A stretch of 63,500 bases of DNA, filler included, from Globobulimina sp. (GCA_003354225.1; 47 parts of 47 records of this genome joined end to end with filler, not necessarily neighbours in it), one strand, 5' to 3'. Positions 1 through 13,540 are shown, counted from the first letter of the whole stretch. The notes: generated by a model not told the origin, from the letters alone. Translations and numbers: made by a program.

Positions 1-125
1 TTTCACATAATTCTGTTGATGAAATTTGGAAGTCTTTTCAAGATAATATTAATTGTGCCCTGTCTGTATCTGTTCCGAAAAGGACAGTCAAACCCGCATC
101 CAATAAATATCCTTGGTTTAATGAT

Positions 126-1254
126 TTGGAGTTGCGTCGTCTGTCTAGAAAGAAATCGAATATTTTTCGAGCTTATAAACGGGCTGGAAGACCGGAAATC
201 ATTCGTTTGCGATTAAGAACTGTTGAAAATCTAATACGAAATCGAACAAGATCTTTGGTTGCAAATTTTGAGCAGGAGCTGGCTAATGGCATTCTTCATG
301 GGAAAAAACCATTCTGGAAATATGTCTCTATGAAAAGAAAAAATCGCCCTAAAATTACAACCTTGAAAGACCCAGATGGAAATATGGTCTCTACCAACAC
401 TGGCTGTGCTGAAATTATGTCTAATTTCTTTGCATCAGTATTTGTTAATGAAGACACATCTGATTTGCCTGAACCACCGGTACGTACTGAGTTTTCTATT
501 GAAAACGTTATTTTTTCTGCTGAAGCTATCATGAAAGTTTTTGGCAAGTTACCATCATTTTCGGCACCTGGGCCAGATAACTTACCATATGTTGTTTTGA
601 AACAAGGTGGCCTTTTTCTTGCCGAGAAACTTGCAATGTTGTTTCAAGTGTTATTGGCCAGGGGTACTGTACCGAATGAATGGAAAATGGCATATGTTGT
701 ACCTATTTTTAAGAAAGGAAACATTACTGAGGCAACAAATTTTCGTCCTGTTTCCTTAACTATTTCAACATGCAAAGTGATGGAGAGTGTTATAAGAAAT
801 GTCATTTGGCCATTTTGGGATATGCATAATCTGATAACTTGTAACCAACATGGCTTTCGACCAAAGTGTTCATGTACCACTCAGATGCTAGAATTTTTGG
901 AGCAAGTGACATCTTCAATTGATCATGGTGAAAAAGTAGATATTGTTTATCTCGATTTTCGAAAAGCATTTGATACAGTGCCTAATGCTCGATTGTTTTC
1001 AAAATTAGAGAGCCTTGGAATTCGGGGTCAGTTGCTCAGGTGGATTCAAAGTTTTCTAACTGATCGTTTCCAAAGGGTTATGGTAAATGGCATTCTTTCA
1101 TCCCCCAGCAGGTTAAATCTGGGGTGCCACAAGGATCTGTAATTGGGCCAATGTTTTTCCTCGCTTATGTCAATGACTTGGAAACATATTTGCTGTCTAA
1201 TGCAAAGCTACATGCAGATGACACTAAAGTGTTTAATTCCTCACCATTTATGTT
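126..1254 (+). mobile_element. Non-LTR (LINE, CR1/L2-like) reverse transcriptase fragment, degenerate
   Basis: Motifs APGPD, PIFKKG, NFRPVSL, QHGFR, YLDFRKAFDTV; after a frameshift near 1105-1112, SGVPQGSVIGP and HADD (variant of Y/FADD). Confidence 0.92.
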
Positions 1255-1354
1255 NNNNNNNNNNNNNNNNNNNNNNNNNNNNNNNNNNNNNNNNNNNNTT
1301 AATTAATTAANNNNNNNNNNNNNNNNNNNNNNNNNNNNNNNNNNNNNNNNNNNN
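1255..1354. other. Artificial contig spacer (44N-TTAATTAATTAA-44N); first of 46 identical spacers recurring every 1352-1354 bp
   Basis: Identical 100-bp spacer throughout; contig lengths fall monotonically 1254>1253>1252. Confidence 0.99.
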
Positions 1355-2708
1355 TTTTCCCTTCAAAATCATGCCCAAGTTAAGTTTAAAAATTTGATCA
1401 TATATTGCTCATATATTTTGATCAAAAAATATATTATCCCTTGACAGGTCCACCATTTATTCAATATATTAGCAGTATAATATATATATTAGTACTAATA
1501 TGCGTATCTCTTATCGGGAACACTACTGTACTCTGAACTTCGTTTGTATTTATTTATGTATTTGATATTCCCGCAGTCTCTGCCAAAGGTTTCAATGGCA
1601 GTCATAAACTGTTTGGTGGCTTCTTCGTCGCTGCCCTTTGGTTCTGTGTATATTTTTTTTATGTTTACCAGATATCCGATTCCATCCATCGATCTATTAA
1701 GGTTTGCATGGTGGCGTAGGACGGGAAAAACACTACAATGCCTTGAGGGATATGCTCAAATAAATGGATCAACGACGAGCTATTTTATATTGCTTTTTAG
1801 ATGTTAAATATCAGTCGCCTGAAAACTTTGTCACCATGTTGCCATTCCCTGTTGGCGACCAAAATGAAATTATTGGTGATATGAACACTACCAATAGCTG
1901 TAACAATACTTGTAGCAATACCAATTGTAATAATACCAATACTAATAATTTTTATATGACCGTTCTATTACCACAAATCTCACCATATTTGTCATATATA
2001 CCTCCAATCGCTGCAACGATTAGTACATCAAATATGCCAATACGAAAACGAAAAAGATCAACAGAAACACAGCAGCAAAGTCCATTAGGAATACCAGTAC
2101 AAAAAAAACAAAAAACAAGTTAAACAATAAATTGTTTAATGTGAAGAAAAACATAAACGTATACATATATTTACAGATCCATATAAAAATCCATTATTCT
2201 CTCAAAATACACAACAAAAATACCTAACAACGCAAGCTATTGAATCAGATAAACATAAAAATCCACAAAAAAAAGCAAAAAACCCAGGTTAAAATTTCTT
2301 TAATAATATCCTTGATTAATTCACTAAAATTAAAAAACATATATAATTCACAGATTGTAGCAATAAGAAAGTAATGGAAATACAAAGAAGAAATAAAGAA
2401 ATCGATAAAATAATGCCATGGGTATCAAAGGAAAGACATATTTTATCGAATGGTTTGAAAAATAAAACAATTTTAATCAAAGCTGATAAACCCATCGATT
2501 TCATATTACATGTATGTTAATAAACGCATGCTTAATAAAAGACAGCGAGAGCATAGTCTCGTATTTGTGCATATGTAAGAAATTTCCATTTTTGTTTGTT
2601 ACAAGCTGNNNNNNNNNNNNNNNNNNNNNNNNNNNNNNNNNNNNNNNNNNNNTTAATTAATTAANNNNNNNNNNNNNNNNNNNNNNNNNNNNNNNNNNNN
2701 NNNNNNNN

Positions 2709-3476
2709 CAGGAGCTGCAGAAACAAAATACTGCCATTTTGGAAATGTTCCATGACTTTGAGGACCATATGGCGCAGTACGACGAGGAGATTGATTTCAA
2801 GCAATCGTTTGCGGAGAGCATAGTGTCGCAGATTATGGGTTTGGCAGAGAACAACAATGTGATCTCGGCGCAGAAGTATGCGAATGAGATCGATAGTAAA
2901 TGCCGATTGGTCATCAATGCGGCCAAGGCGCATTCGCAGGCTTTGCAGGCATTCAATCAAAAGTTGCAAGGCATCTATGGCCAGATGGAGGATGAAGTGG
3001 AGCAGGAACAGAATGGCAACAATGGCAAGCATAGTGGTGGGATATCGGGCGTTAATACGACGTATACGACACCGGGTGGGCCGTCTGAAGGGGACGGCGG
3101 CGATGATGTGGATGATGATGGGGGCGGTTTGCCGCATCGTATGTCGACAAATTATGATTTCGAGCTAATGCCGGATGACGCCAAGGGTATGAATACGAAT
3201 TACGACCAGGCGACGGTGGCGGCGGCGATGAGTGGCGGATTACCGCGGTATCAGTCGGCGAGGGATGCGGCGAAGTCTAATGAACCGGAGAAGAAAGTGG
3301 CAAAGGCGTTGTTTGATTATCCCGGTGGTTATAGGTCGAATGAGTTGACTTTCCATCGTGGCACTAGTTTGATTATAGCGAAAGAAAAGGAAGGATGGGT
3401 CTATGGCTATTATGAATTGGAGCCGTCGTTAACCGGATGGTTTCCAAAGAGTTATGTCAAAATAATATCGGGTTGA
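2709..3476 (+). CDS. Helical/coiled-coil protein with C-terminal SH3 domain (5' partial)
   Basis: AKALFDY...NELTF..G......EGWVYG.....TGWFPKSYVK is a canonical SH3 pattern. Confidence 0.88.
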   Translation, partial: QELQKQNTAILEMFHDFEDHMAQYDEEIDFKQSFAESIVSQIMGLAENNNVISAQKYANEIDSKCRLVINAAKAHSQALQAFNQKLQGIYGQMEDEVEQEQNGNNGKHSGGISGVNTTYTTPGGPSEGDGGDDVDDDGGGLPHRMSTNYDFELMPDDAKGMNTNYDQATVAAAMSGGLPRYQSARDAAKSNEPEKKVAKALFDYPGGYRSNELTFHRGTSLIIAKEKEGWVYGYYELEPSLTGWFPKSYVKIISG

Positions 3477-4183
3477 TGTTGATGTTGATGTGTGTCGATT
3501 TTGTTTGAATTATTTTATTTATTTATGAGATGCAATTTGTTTTCATGTAAATATTAATCCCATTTTGATTTTCGGTTTTTTTTTGTTTTTTTGTTTTGAT
3601 GGTGCTATTTGTCATAAAAAAATATAAAGTGCTCATTTTTTTCTCGAATATTAATGTAATTATCTTAAAGTGAAAGTTATTATTCAGTCGAATTTCGATC
3701 ATCTGAAAGGACACACACTGTGTTTTTTTTTGATCGATAAAAACCCGGCAATTCAAGTCTAAATTGCATTATTTTTTCAATTTTAATTTATATGTTTGAG
3801 TGAAATTTGATAAAGCGCTTCCAAAGCACTTTGCCATTGAACTTTGGCGCATAATGTTTTATCAAAGGAAACAAAGGAATCGCCGCCATCTGGACTTAAA
3901 ACACCGAGAATGATGGAGCAGAAGCCACACTTTATTTTATTGTTGTACTCGTAGCTCATTTGNNNNNNNNNNNNNNNNNNNNNNNNNNNNNNNNNNNNNN
4001 NNNNNNTTAATTAATTAANNNNNNNNNNNNNNNNNNNNNNNNNNNNNNNNNNNNNNNNNNNNGTCATATGTGCGGATATGATCATATATAAATATGATCA
4101 AATTTCTATGTACCATGATGTAATACAAAAATTCAAAATTTTTTGTTGAATCATTTTTTGTCGTATCGAATAATATTCCTCAG

Positions 4184-4765
4184 TACAATGAAAATGCAAA
4201 TCCAAACACATCGATTATAGATAACGAAGAGGCGAAATTAAGACAAATCAATACGGCGTTAAACCAATCATTGGTTATGTTATCACAACAAGTCGTAGAA
4301 CAAGAAGGTGACATCCCCCTTCATCTAAAAAACCAGACTTTGGAATTGGATGAGTTATTGAAACAAAAAAACATTTTAAGCAAGAATTTGCATTTAAAAT
4401 GTCAGAATTTATCAAATTTATCAAATTTATATAATATATCAAAAATAGAATCAAATGTAAGTAATAATTGGAGTGAATTAGATATAAATAATGCGGATTC
4501 ATTACATTTCGATGAAAAATCAATAATTACACATTCAAATGATATCAATTTGGATTTAGATTTAACGTTCAATGACGTAAAAAATGGACAGGATATTTTA
4601 GATTTATTCGATGATGATTTGGATGATATCAATAATACAATGGACATTAGCTTTGGTCCAAAACCACATATTACGTTCAAAAGTAAGTGGGAACGTTGGG
4701 AGAGAGAAGAACTATGGAATTCGAGTGATGAGAATGGTGATAGGCCATTTGCATCGATGTTGTAG
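4184..4765 (+). CDS. Hypothetical protein, last exon (coiled-coil then acidic region)
   Basis: Open frame following a CAG acceptor; no recognisable family. Confidence 0.45.
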   Translation, partial: YNENANPNTSIIDNEEAKLRQINTALNQSLVMLSQQVVEQEGDIPLHLKNQTLELDELLKQKNILSKNLHLKCQNLSNLSNLYNISKIESNVSNNWSELDINNADSLHFDEKSIITHSNDINLDLDLTFNDVKNGQDILDLFDDDLDDINNTMDISFGPKPHITFKSKWERWEREELWNSSDENGDRPFASML

Positions 4766-5481
4766 CAGGTGGAGCCGTATCTTGTTTTAGTTATTTTTAT
4801 TGTCAAAGTTTTAGTTTTAACGTTGTTATTGTGAGCTTATAATCAATTATTTGGGATCGGACTTATTATTATTATTTTTATTTTTTATCCTTTTTATTTA
4901 AGAGTCATGTTTGTGTTTTTGATTCATTTGGTATAATATATACATTTTTATTATTCTTTCACGTGTGATTTTTTGTATGGTGTTCTATTTTATGTGTTTG
5001 TAAGTATTTTATGTGTTTTTTATGTGTTTGTTTTTGATTGGTAAAACTTCAATTTAAACACTTTGACAATGGCTACTTTAAGTTAGCCGAAAGCTCAGTG
5101 AACAACAAACAAACAGAACAAACTAATTCGTACTATAATCTACTTTCTATATTACTTTAATTAATAATAATAATATGTGTATATATATCGTCAAAGTTAA
5201 AACAGAGACCAAACATCATGTCTCCCTTTAATTACTTGACAAAAGCTGCTGCAAAATCTAGGGGTCGGCAGGCGACTTGAGCTCCTGGGTAAATAGTTTT
5301 TAGTAACATTAGGAGTNNNNNNNNNNNNNNNNNNNNNNNNNNNNNNNNNNNNNNNNNNNNTTAATTAATTAANNNNNNNNNNNNNNNNNNNNNNNNNNNN
5401 NNNNNNNNNNNNNNNNCTGGCAACAAAAAACTTTATAAAAAGTCATCATTGTTGCCTTGGTTGTTGAATGGTGATTGGTGA

Positions 5482-6595
5482 ATGTCGGTTTTAAGTGTGT
5501 TGAATGATGCTGGATTCACAAAAATCTCGCAACTATCTGACACATTACAAGGTATTCAATTTATTCGTCTCAACCAAAATCAGACATAACCAGCGCATGT
5601 TACTTAACAGGAAGTATTTATAAGGCGTTAAATAACGCTACAAACCAGAATGTCGTTGTAAAAATAACCAACAAATACTTGCATAAAAATGCAATGGCTA
5701 TAAAAAACAATCAGAAATATCACAACATTAAAGAAAATATATTATCTGAAGCATCCATTTTAAAATATTTATCAACACACAAAGACTTACCTCGATCCAT
5801 AATAAAATTCCATGATTTCTACGAATGGTTTGTAAATTGTAATACATGTTATTTTTCTGTATACTGTACGTCACTAATTTAACTTTAATATATTTATAAT
5901 ACAGCAATTTTAATTATTATTTAATTATGGAAGATGGTGGTATGAGTTTGTATGATTTTGTGGTAAAAGCACACCATTTGATATCCATTAAACATTTTAC
6001 TATTTGTGAATGGCATAAAGTGGCGACAATAATTTTTAAACAAATGCTTGAAAGCATTGAATTCATTCATCGCAACAATGTGTGTCATATGGACTTATCA
6101 TTAGAAAACTTTCTCATTAATGATGTTAAAATTCATTATTTTAAAACTGCGTCAGATTCAGGCTCAAGAATGGCTTTTAATTGCGATGATATTCAGGTTA
6201 AGTTAATCGATTTTGGGTTAAGCAGCATTTTCAAAGTGGAGAAAAACAACAAAAACAACTTCCAGAGTCAGAAATATTGCGGCAAAATGTCCTATAAATC
6301 ACCGGAAATACAATCGAAGAAAACGTTTGATGCGAAAAGTAACGATTGTTGGGCATTGGGCATCTGTTTATTTATGATGGTCTTTGGCTGTGCGCCGTGG
6401 TATGTGGCCGACAAATCGGATCAATTATTTTCGTTAATTATGGACGGATATTTAACGGATGTGTTGATGTCATGGGATAAGATTGAATATGCGAATAAAG
6501 AGTTAATTGGTTTATATACATTGTTTTTTCAATATGAAGAGAAAAGAATTAATTTAAATCAAATCAAACAGCATTTATTGATCAAAAATCAGTGA
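5482..6595 (+). CDS. Ser/Thr protein kinase (CAMK-like, DLSLEN catalytic loop), complete; introns 5552-5610 and 5828-5904
   Basis: Spliced TLQG|SIYKA, VVVK, HMDLSLEN, LIDFG, CGKMSYKSPE, DCWALG; both GT-AG introns restore the frame. Confidence 0.93.
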
Positions 6596-7643
6596 ATTAT
6601 CTCTTTTTTTTTTTATTTTTTTTTTATTTTAAATTATTATTTACAAAATTGTGTATTCAGCAATAAAAATNNNNNNNNNNNNNNNNNNNNNNNNNNNNNN
6701 NNNNNNNNNNNNNNTTAATTAATTAANNNNNNNNNNNNNNNNNNNNNNNNNNNNNNNNNNNNNNNNNNNNACAGTATTTCGCTTATTTGGCATTTTATTT
6801 TTGTTTTTCTTGCAATTTTAAATAGTATTTGTATTTCATTTCCATTTAAATTGCCGCGTTTCACCCTGAAAATGCAAGGGGAGCGATTACGGTATACCGG
6901 TACACCGGTACGTACCGGTTAGACCGGTACCGGTACGTTTGGACTTTTGCCATATCAACGATTCATATTTGGTGGAGTTCTGATGAATTAACCAAGTTTA
7001 CCGAATTTGTGACCTCTATAATTGTAAATCTATTTTCTTCCCTTGTTTTTAAAGTAATTAGCACCCATTTGGTAGTAATACTCTGCAAAAAGTAGAATGG
7101 CCCAAAACTATCAATATATACCCCTTTTTAGCCCAATTTCTGAAATTCCGAAAAATCTGTTCAGGTGTGGACGGATTCCCTCTCAACATTCCTTTTATTA
7201 TTAATTTCTAATTTGCTTTTGGTTGGCCCTATCTTTAATTCTTCAATGTATGGATTTATGACTTCGTTTTATAATTCGACTAGTGAGTTGAATTCAACGC
7301 TTCTTACAATCGACGCTCCACCTATAATCGACGCTCCTTATTGATCTGGCGCTCAAAATTGACTTGACGCTCCATTTTGGAATTTTTCCCGATTTGTTTG
7401 GGAATTTATCCCTATCTCAATTGGATTGTGGTGAGACATCTCCGACCCTTATTATGTGTCGATCTCATGCATAAATTACACTTTTTATAAAGCTGTAAAT
7501 TGTATTGTTTACTATTCAGCTGAGAATTGACACTGAAACGCTGAATCTCGCCTAATCTCAGTTAATTATCAATTTCCATGTATTAACGTCATTTTATGAC
7601 TGGTAAACATTGTTTTTCCTTGCTACGTTTTCTAATCTTCCCA

Positions 7644-8024
7644 TAGTATGAGTGCCTCCAAACATCGGTCTCCATTTCGATCTGGTTTGGACCACCCAGA
7701 AAGAGATAGACATCGACGATCGAGCTCTCGAAGTGGCAGTCATACTGTTACAACCCGTGGTCGTAGTCCTCTTCGTTCACAGGACCCTCATTATGGCGGT
7801 GAACATCGACGATTACCTATGACTTCGGATCAAACAAAAAAATACACAACTTCTACATCCGCAGCTCCCAGTTCAACAGGTAGAGCGTTAGCCCAGATTT
7901 CACCCCGGCAATTAATGCCTCTTTCGATCGAAAAAAGCCATTTGGCAGACCAAAGCCGTGCCGCGACCTTCGCAGGTCGATTACACCCTACTGGCACATT
8001 AGGCTGGGCAAGAAAAAGAGGTTC
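7644..8024 (+). repeat. Interspersed repeat copy homologous to 28567-28944 (Ser/Arg/Pro-rich ORF)
   Basis: Direct alignment; the 3' part from GCAGCTCCCAG is near identical, the 5' part clearly more diverged. Confidence 0.92.
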
Positions 8025-9479
8025 NNNNNNNNNNNNNNNNNNNNNNNNNNNNNNNNNNNNNNNNNNNNTTAATTAATTAANNNNNNNNNNNNNNNNNNNN
8101 NNNNNNNNNNNNNNNNNNNNNNNNCCAATACTTTGTTTTCTTCCATTCGTAGTCTTTCTGAACGAACTTTGATATTTATTTATTCGTTGCTGGTGCTGCT
8201 TGATTTCCTCCTTTCTTTTGTAGTCATTACAATATTGTGTGTGCGCTTGGCAATAACACCTGACATTCTTGCGATAAATACAGAGACGCCATTGCGTCTT
8301 AATTATCTTCATTATTAAGCGTAGTAAGTCATGGCGTCAGTAAAAGCTCTCTTGGTCCAGTGAATGGTGTCGTGTTGTAGTGTTGGCTGCGGATTGCCAT
8401 GACGACAGGAGGCCATTGTGTTTAATAGCAGTATAATTAGCATTGGATTTTGGTGTCGTGTGGTTTCGTGTCGTGTCGTATTATTCAACATTATCGCAAT
8501 TGTTAATGGTGTGTTGGGATTATCGCAATAACTGGGTCTGGGATTTTGATTGTGAATGATCTGCGTAACCGCTTTCTTTTTGTGAATCATATGGTTCTGT
8601 TCTGGTTCCAATACATTAAGAGATGTTACCATCATCACAATCCAGCGACCAGCGTGGTATACCTAATGGGGACAGCACGCTTTATATAAAATTCTGAATG
8701 CACGCAAATCAGTTCCTCCTTGTTTTAATTATGAAACAAAAGGTAGTGTGGAAAGACTGGTACAATTCCTCTTTTATTTTTTTTATTATATATGTCGCAA
8801 ATTCGCACATTTAATTATATAATTTCAACACATTATATTGACATTGTATTGTTATGTATAAAAAAAAGACAATTGACTATGAAGCCTCTGGTGTACTTTT
8901 AATAGGCCTCTGGTAGATATTTTGTTCATAAATAAAATCAGAAATAAACACCAATCATAAAAAGTAAATTCAAACATAAAGTTTTTTTCGGATTTACTGC
9001 TATATGCAAAGTTAACTCAATCCCCAGCCACAATGAATTGTCATCTTCGTTGAGGAATTTGATGAAATTGCCACGTTTTCGTTTGCATTTTGAATCAGTA
9101 ATAACGCGTTTATAGTCACCTTGCATGAAAACGTTTCTTATGGTCGATATTATTGGCAGTATTGGTACATGCAGCAATTGCACCAATTGGTTATCAATTT
9201 AAACAACAGTTATTTGACACATTAATGTTACCTCGGAATGTGTAGTAACCTGCACTTCTCTGTCATTTTCACGGAAAAACGTTTCCCACAGTTTTGATTG
9301 GTTAACATTCATTGTAACAGATGTTAATCCAATGCCATTCTCAAAATCTAACTGACCTGGCGACGTAATCCCTGAATCNNNNNNNNNNNNNNNNNNNNNN
9401 NNNNNNNNNNNNNNNNNNNNNNTTAATTAATTAANNNNNNNNNNNNNNNNNNNNNNNNNNNNNNNNNNNNNNNNNNNNA

Positions 9480-10505
9480 TTATTTGGAGATAATATTTGT
9501 GATTTTTTGAATGAAAAAGAGAAATTAGAGGCTAAGTTAAATGATGCAATGTCATCGTACCAAAGTAATAATGTTTCATATTTAAACAATATCGTACAAC
9601 AATACAAAATGCAAAAATTAAAAATATGCCAAGATATTACAGATCAAACCCAACAAAATAACTTCTTAAAAAAATTACAAAATGATTTGGATGTATTGGA
9701 TGAGTCATTACAAAAACAATTTGAAGAATCAAGAAAAACTTTATATGATCAACTAACTGCGATTCATCATAAAAGACTGAAGGAATTCGCAATAAAATTA
9801 AATCAAAAATCGCAATATGACATAAGTCACATAACTGATGATGTACATACAAGTAAACCGGAAATGGAATCAATACAATTAGAAGCTTGTGAGAATATAA
9901 ATAATCAAAATATTAATATTCCCATAGAAAGGCAAAGAGAAAAAGAAGCTGAGTATGGAGATGGAGATGAATTAAATGAGACATTAAGACAAGTTTCGAA
10001 TTTGTTGGAAAAATGTTGGAAAAATGAAATGAAAAAACAACAGCAAATAAGTAATAAAGAAACGGAAATTGACACATTAAAAGTGATATTGTCAGTATAT
10101 GAAAATTTATCAAAATTAATTCAATTACAATCGAATACATTAAAAACGACAATTATCGATTCTGAGCATTTATATATGGGAAATAATAGTGATTATCAAG
10201 ATGATTATGAGAGTAATGTAGTAATAACAAGGACTGATAATGCATCACCTGATGATGATAAGACCCATGTACAAATTCAATTGTTATCATCATCTGAAAA
10301 TATACTAACAAATCCGCAACATTTTACAAAGAGCAGTGGCAAGAAAAAGAAAAGAAAAGGAAGTAAAAAAGCATCAAAGAAAAGCTCATGCAAAGCAGGT
10401 GCTTTTTCATTTGCAGATACAAAATATATTCGACAAACCGTATCTTCACAGAATAAAAAGATTCATTCAAAAAAGAGAGGCAAAAAATCAAATAAAAACA
10501 TATGA
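9480..10505 (+). CDS. Coiled-coil protein with Lys-rich C-terminus (5' partial)
   Basis: Long open frame with heptad-like Q/E/K/L composition. Confidence 0.6.
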   Translation, partial: LFGDNICDFLNEKEKLEAKLNDAMSSYQSNNVSYLNNIVQQYKMQKLKICQDITDQTQQNNFLKKLQNDLDVLDESLQKQFEESRKTLYDQLTAIHHKRLKEFAIKLNQKSQYDISHITDDVHTSKPEMESIQLEACENINNQNINIPIERQREKEAEYGDGDELNETLRQVSNLLEKCWKNEMKKQQQISNKETEIDTLKVILSVYENLSKLIQLQSNTLKTTIIDSEHLYMGNNSDYQDDYESNVVITRTDNASPDDDKTHVQIQLLSSSENILTNPQHFTKSSGKKKKRKGSKKASKKSSCKAGAFSFADTKYIRQTVSSQNKKIHSKKRGKKSNKNI

Positions 10506-10832
10506 AGACTTGTTACATAGTTTGAAAGTTTTTAACATTTGTTAATAATTTAATTAAGCAGTTGACAGTTTTGTGGTATTTATTTGAAATCTCCTATTTA
10601 TAAATTAAAATCAATAAATTTGTTCAAGCTCAAACAAAACAAAATCATTTTTTACTCAATAAATCAAGTGAAACATCACAAACTTCAATCTTGTATTTTA
10701 TATTATTCTCACAATCACAATCATTATCATTGNNNNNNNNNNNNNNNNNNNNNNNNNNNNNNNNNNNNNNNNNNNNTTAATTAATTAANNNNNNNNNNNN
10801 NNNNNNNNNNNNNNNNNNNNNNNNNNNNNNNN

Positions 10833-11641
10833 CACCGCTTCTTTTATGCGTTTCTTGAACTGCGCGAAAGCGGTTTTATTGGCAGTGTTGTCTTCCATTA
10901 ATAATTTGAGTGATTCAGTGTTGAAATTGTCAAAACTTTGCAAGCTGTTTAGGCCTTTCGGCGATTGTTTGAGTGTTAGGTTAGTTTCGCCGTCGATGTT
11001 AGAGGTTTCTACGTAACAATAGGGTGCGGTGGCACCTTTGGCAGAAGTGATTAATAATAAATCCGCGGGGAAGCGTTGCCGGTCGCGGATGCGGACAATT
11101 TCACCCACTTCTAACTCTTCGCAGCGTTTGTTGAAGAATGTGCCGTCGTTTAGCAATATTTCTATCAAACGCGAGTTCTCTTTCTTGTCATCGACGTGTC
11201 TTTTCTATATGTTGTGGTGTCATTATATGTGTATTTGTGTTGCGAATTTGCGTGTATATTAACTTGGTCTTCGAGGGCATCTTTGATGGCGGTAACGGTG
11301 AATACAAACAATAGAGGTAATAATATGGTGGGCGTGCCCCCAGAAATGGAGACCTGTGGTATTGACTGCAGTGCGGCGATTATACAAAAATAAAAATTTG
11401 CGGGGCGGATAATTTGTTCGAATAGATTTAATGGTAAGAATGTTAATAATGTGTATTTTGAGGTTTTTATTTTGTTACTAATGAATGGGATATCTTCTGA
11501 AGCTATGGGTCGGATGTATTCTCCATTATTGTCATACGATAAGATACGTTGCTTTGCCTCCTCTTCAGTGTTTCGATTGAAAAAATTATTCAACATATTT
11601 CGATTGTTTCTATTTGATGGTTGTAGCTCAACAGTTGCCAT
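10833..11641 (-). CDS. P4-type phospholipid flippase ATPase, N-terminus; intron 11205-11263
   Basis: NKIKTSKYTLLTFLP.NLFEQ, AIKDALED|KRH.DD..EN, VGEIV, FPADLLL, CYVETSNIDGETNL (the DGET motif of P4-ATPases). Confidence 0.95.
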
Positions 11642-12187
11642 AAGTTAAGTACCCATTATAAAAACGTTATAAATTGAAGGCTAGCTCACTTCGCGAAAAT
11701 CTTACAAAGAAAACCCACCATCTTCATAAATCTACTCAAAACAAGTTATTGGAGACAGAATTCAGTATATTTATGCATATTACGAACAATTTAAAATGGA
11801 AAATAAACATATTCGCAACAAATTTTTAAAATATACAGATCTAAAACGGCAAAGCCTAAATTATAGATATTTTTAATATTTAATTATAAATGTAAATTAG
11901 TAGTAGTATCTTGCAATTTTGATGGATCGACGAGGTCGCTCATAAGTTGTTGTACTGATTTCCCACCACATTTCTTAAAATACATTGCTGTCTCATTACT
12001 ATTCTTTTGCTGATTACAGGAATAACAATTTGTAAATTGATTAATAATCGTATCCAATGCAACTTCAGAAAACATTACCATTGTCANNNNNNNNNNNNNN
12101 NNNNNNNNNNNNNNNNNNNNNNNNNNNNNNTTAATTAATTAANNNNNNNNNNNNNNNNNNNNNNNNNNNNNNNNNNNNNNNNNNNNC

Positions 12188-13321
12188 ATTGTGTCTTCGT
12201 GCGTCAATGGCGAGGGACTGCGTATCTTGAAAACGTTTTTGTTCTCACTTCCGTCCAATTGCAGGGATAGCGACACAGAGAAGAGACGCAACGGCGAGGT
12301 TGAATTTGGCATTGATGATATTTATTCTGTGCATAATGTAGGCATTGTCACCTCCGGTATGCTCCCTTTTTATTTTTAGCATATTGACTGATTCTAATGC
12401 ATTGATCCAGGCATTGTGCGCTGTGGCAGTATCCATGTCGCGGATCAGTTATGTATAGGACCTGATAAATGCGGCGAGTTTAAAGACGTCACAGTTGCTT
12501 CGATCCACGTTCGCAGGAAAGATGTATCGCACACGTTTTCAGGACAAATGGCCAGTGTTTGTTTAGCGGAAATCAAATCGAAAAATGAATTGCGGCGTGG
12601 TATGGTTTTGCTGCATCGCAACGTAGAGAACAAGAAAAATGTTTGCTACTCGTTCGAAGCACAGATTGATGTGTTGAATAACATGACATTGCGTGAAAAT
12701 TCGCAGCCTATCATTCATATCGAGAACATTCGACAATCTGCGCATATTTTACACTTGCATTCGCAGGATAATATCATCAATATTTTGTCAGAGGGACAGA
12801 ATGGTTACGCTGTGTTCACTTTTTTGCACTATCCGGAGTTCATTCGTTGTGGAATGAAAGTTATAATCAGAAAGTCGCACGGACCGATTGCCATTGGTAT
12901 TGTCTCCAAAATATTGGACTCTGTGCTGAAGCCATTGGTTCCCTTGAATTCATTGCAGAAACCGCACCGACTACGAACCAGCAAATCCAAGACCAATTTT
13001 AAACATTATTTGTTAAAATGGAATTTGGAGAGGAAAAAAAATAAAGAAAGTGCTGTTAGTGAACAAAAAGAACTGTTTTCAACCAGTTCGATGAGCTCAT
13101 CTGATATTGACAATATTGATGAGGTTCGCATTCCAGCCGAAATAACGGAACATTCTGTTGTTGAATGTATGGGGAACTCTGCGAAAACAAATGAGTGTCC
13201 CATACGAAATAAAGCGAGATCAAAACATAAAAAAAAAGCTAAAAATAGAAAAAAGAAAAATGTATTTACATTGGTGTGGCGATCAGGTCTCGGATTTGAA
13301 CATTTTTATCCTAAAATCTGA
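12188..13321 (+). CDS. GTPBP1/GTPBP2-like translational GTPase, G5 plus domains II and III; intron 12357-12410
   Basis: SCVNGEGLRILKTFL, EFGIDDIYSVHNVG, IGPDKCGEF..V.VASIHVRR, RRGMVL, FEAQI, IRQSA, FLHYPEFI. Confidence 0.85.
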
Positions 13322-13540
13322 TATAATTACTATTAAAGTGATAGCTCGGATAGTTTTGCTTTTGTTTTCTTTTTTTTGTGACAAAAACGGTGAAAAGAAA
13401 ATAAAAGTTGATATAAATTAAAAACCAATCACCCCCTTTTNNNNNNNNNNNNNNNNNNNNNNNNNNNNNNNNNNNNNNNNNNNNTTAATTAATTAANNNN
13501 NNNNNNNNNNNNNNNNNNNNNNNNNNNNNNNNNNNNNNNN

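Noticed and set aside
1725-1800. TLQCL...KWINDEL resembling the Ulp1 WLND motif
   Set aside because: The pieces lie in different frames and no downstream His/Asp/Cys catalytic motifs are seen.
8646-8681. GACCAGCGTGG...CCTAATGG...CACGCT resembling a tRNA 5' half or hairpin
   Set aside because: No anticodon arm, TpsiC (GTTC) arm or acceptor pairing.
9199-9201. In-frame TAA in a minus-strand ORF (9378-8938)
   Set aside because: No recognised homology, and a GAG|GTAAC donor just upstream means it may lie in an intron; not counted as a premature stop.
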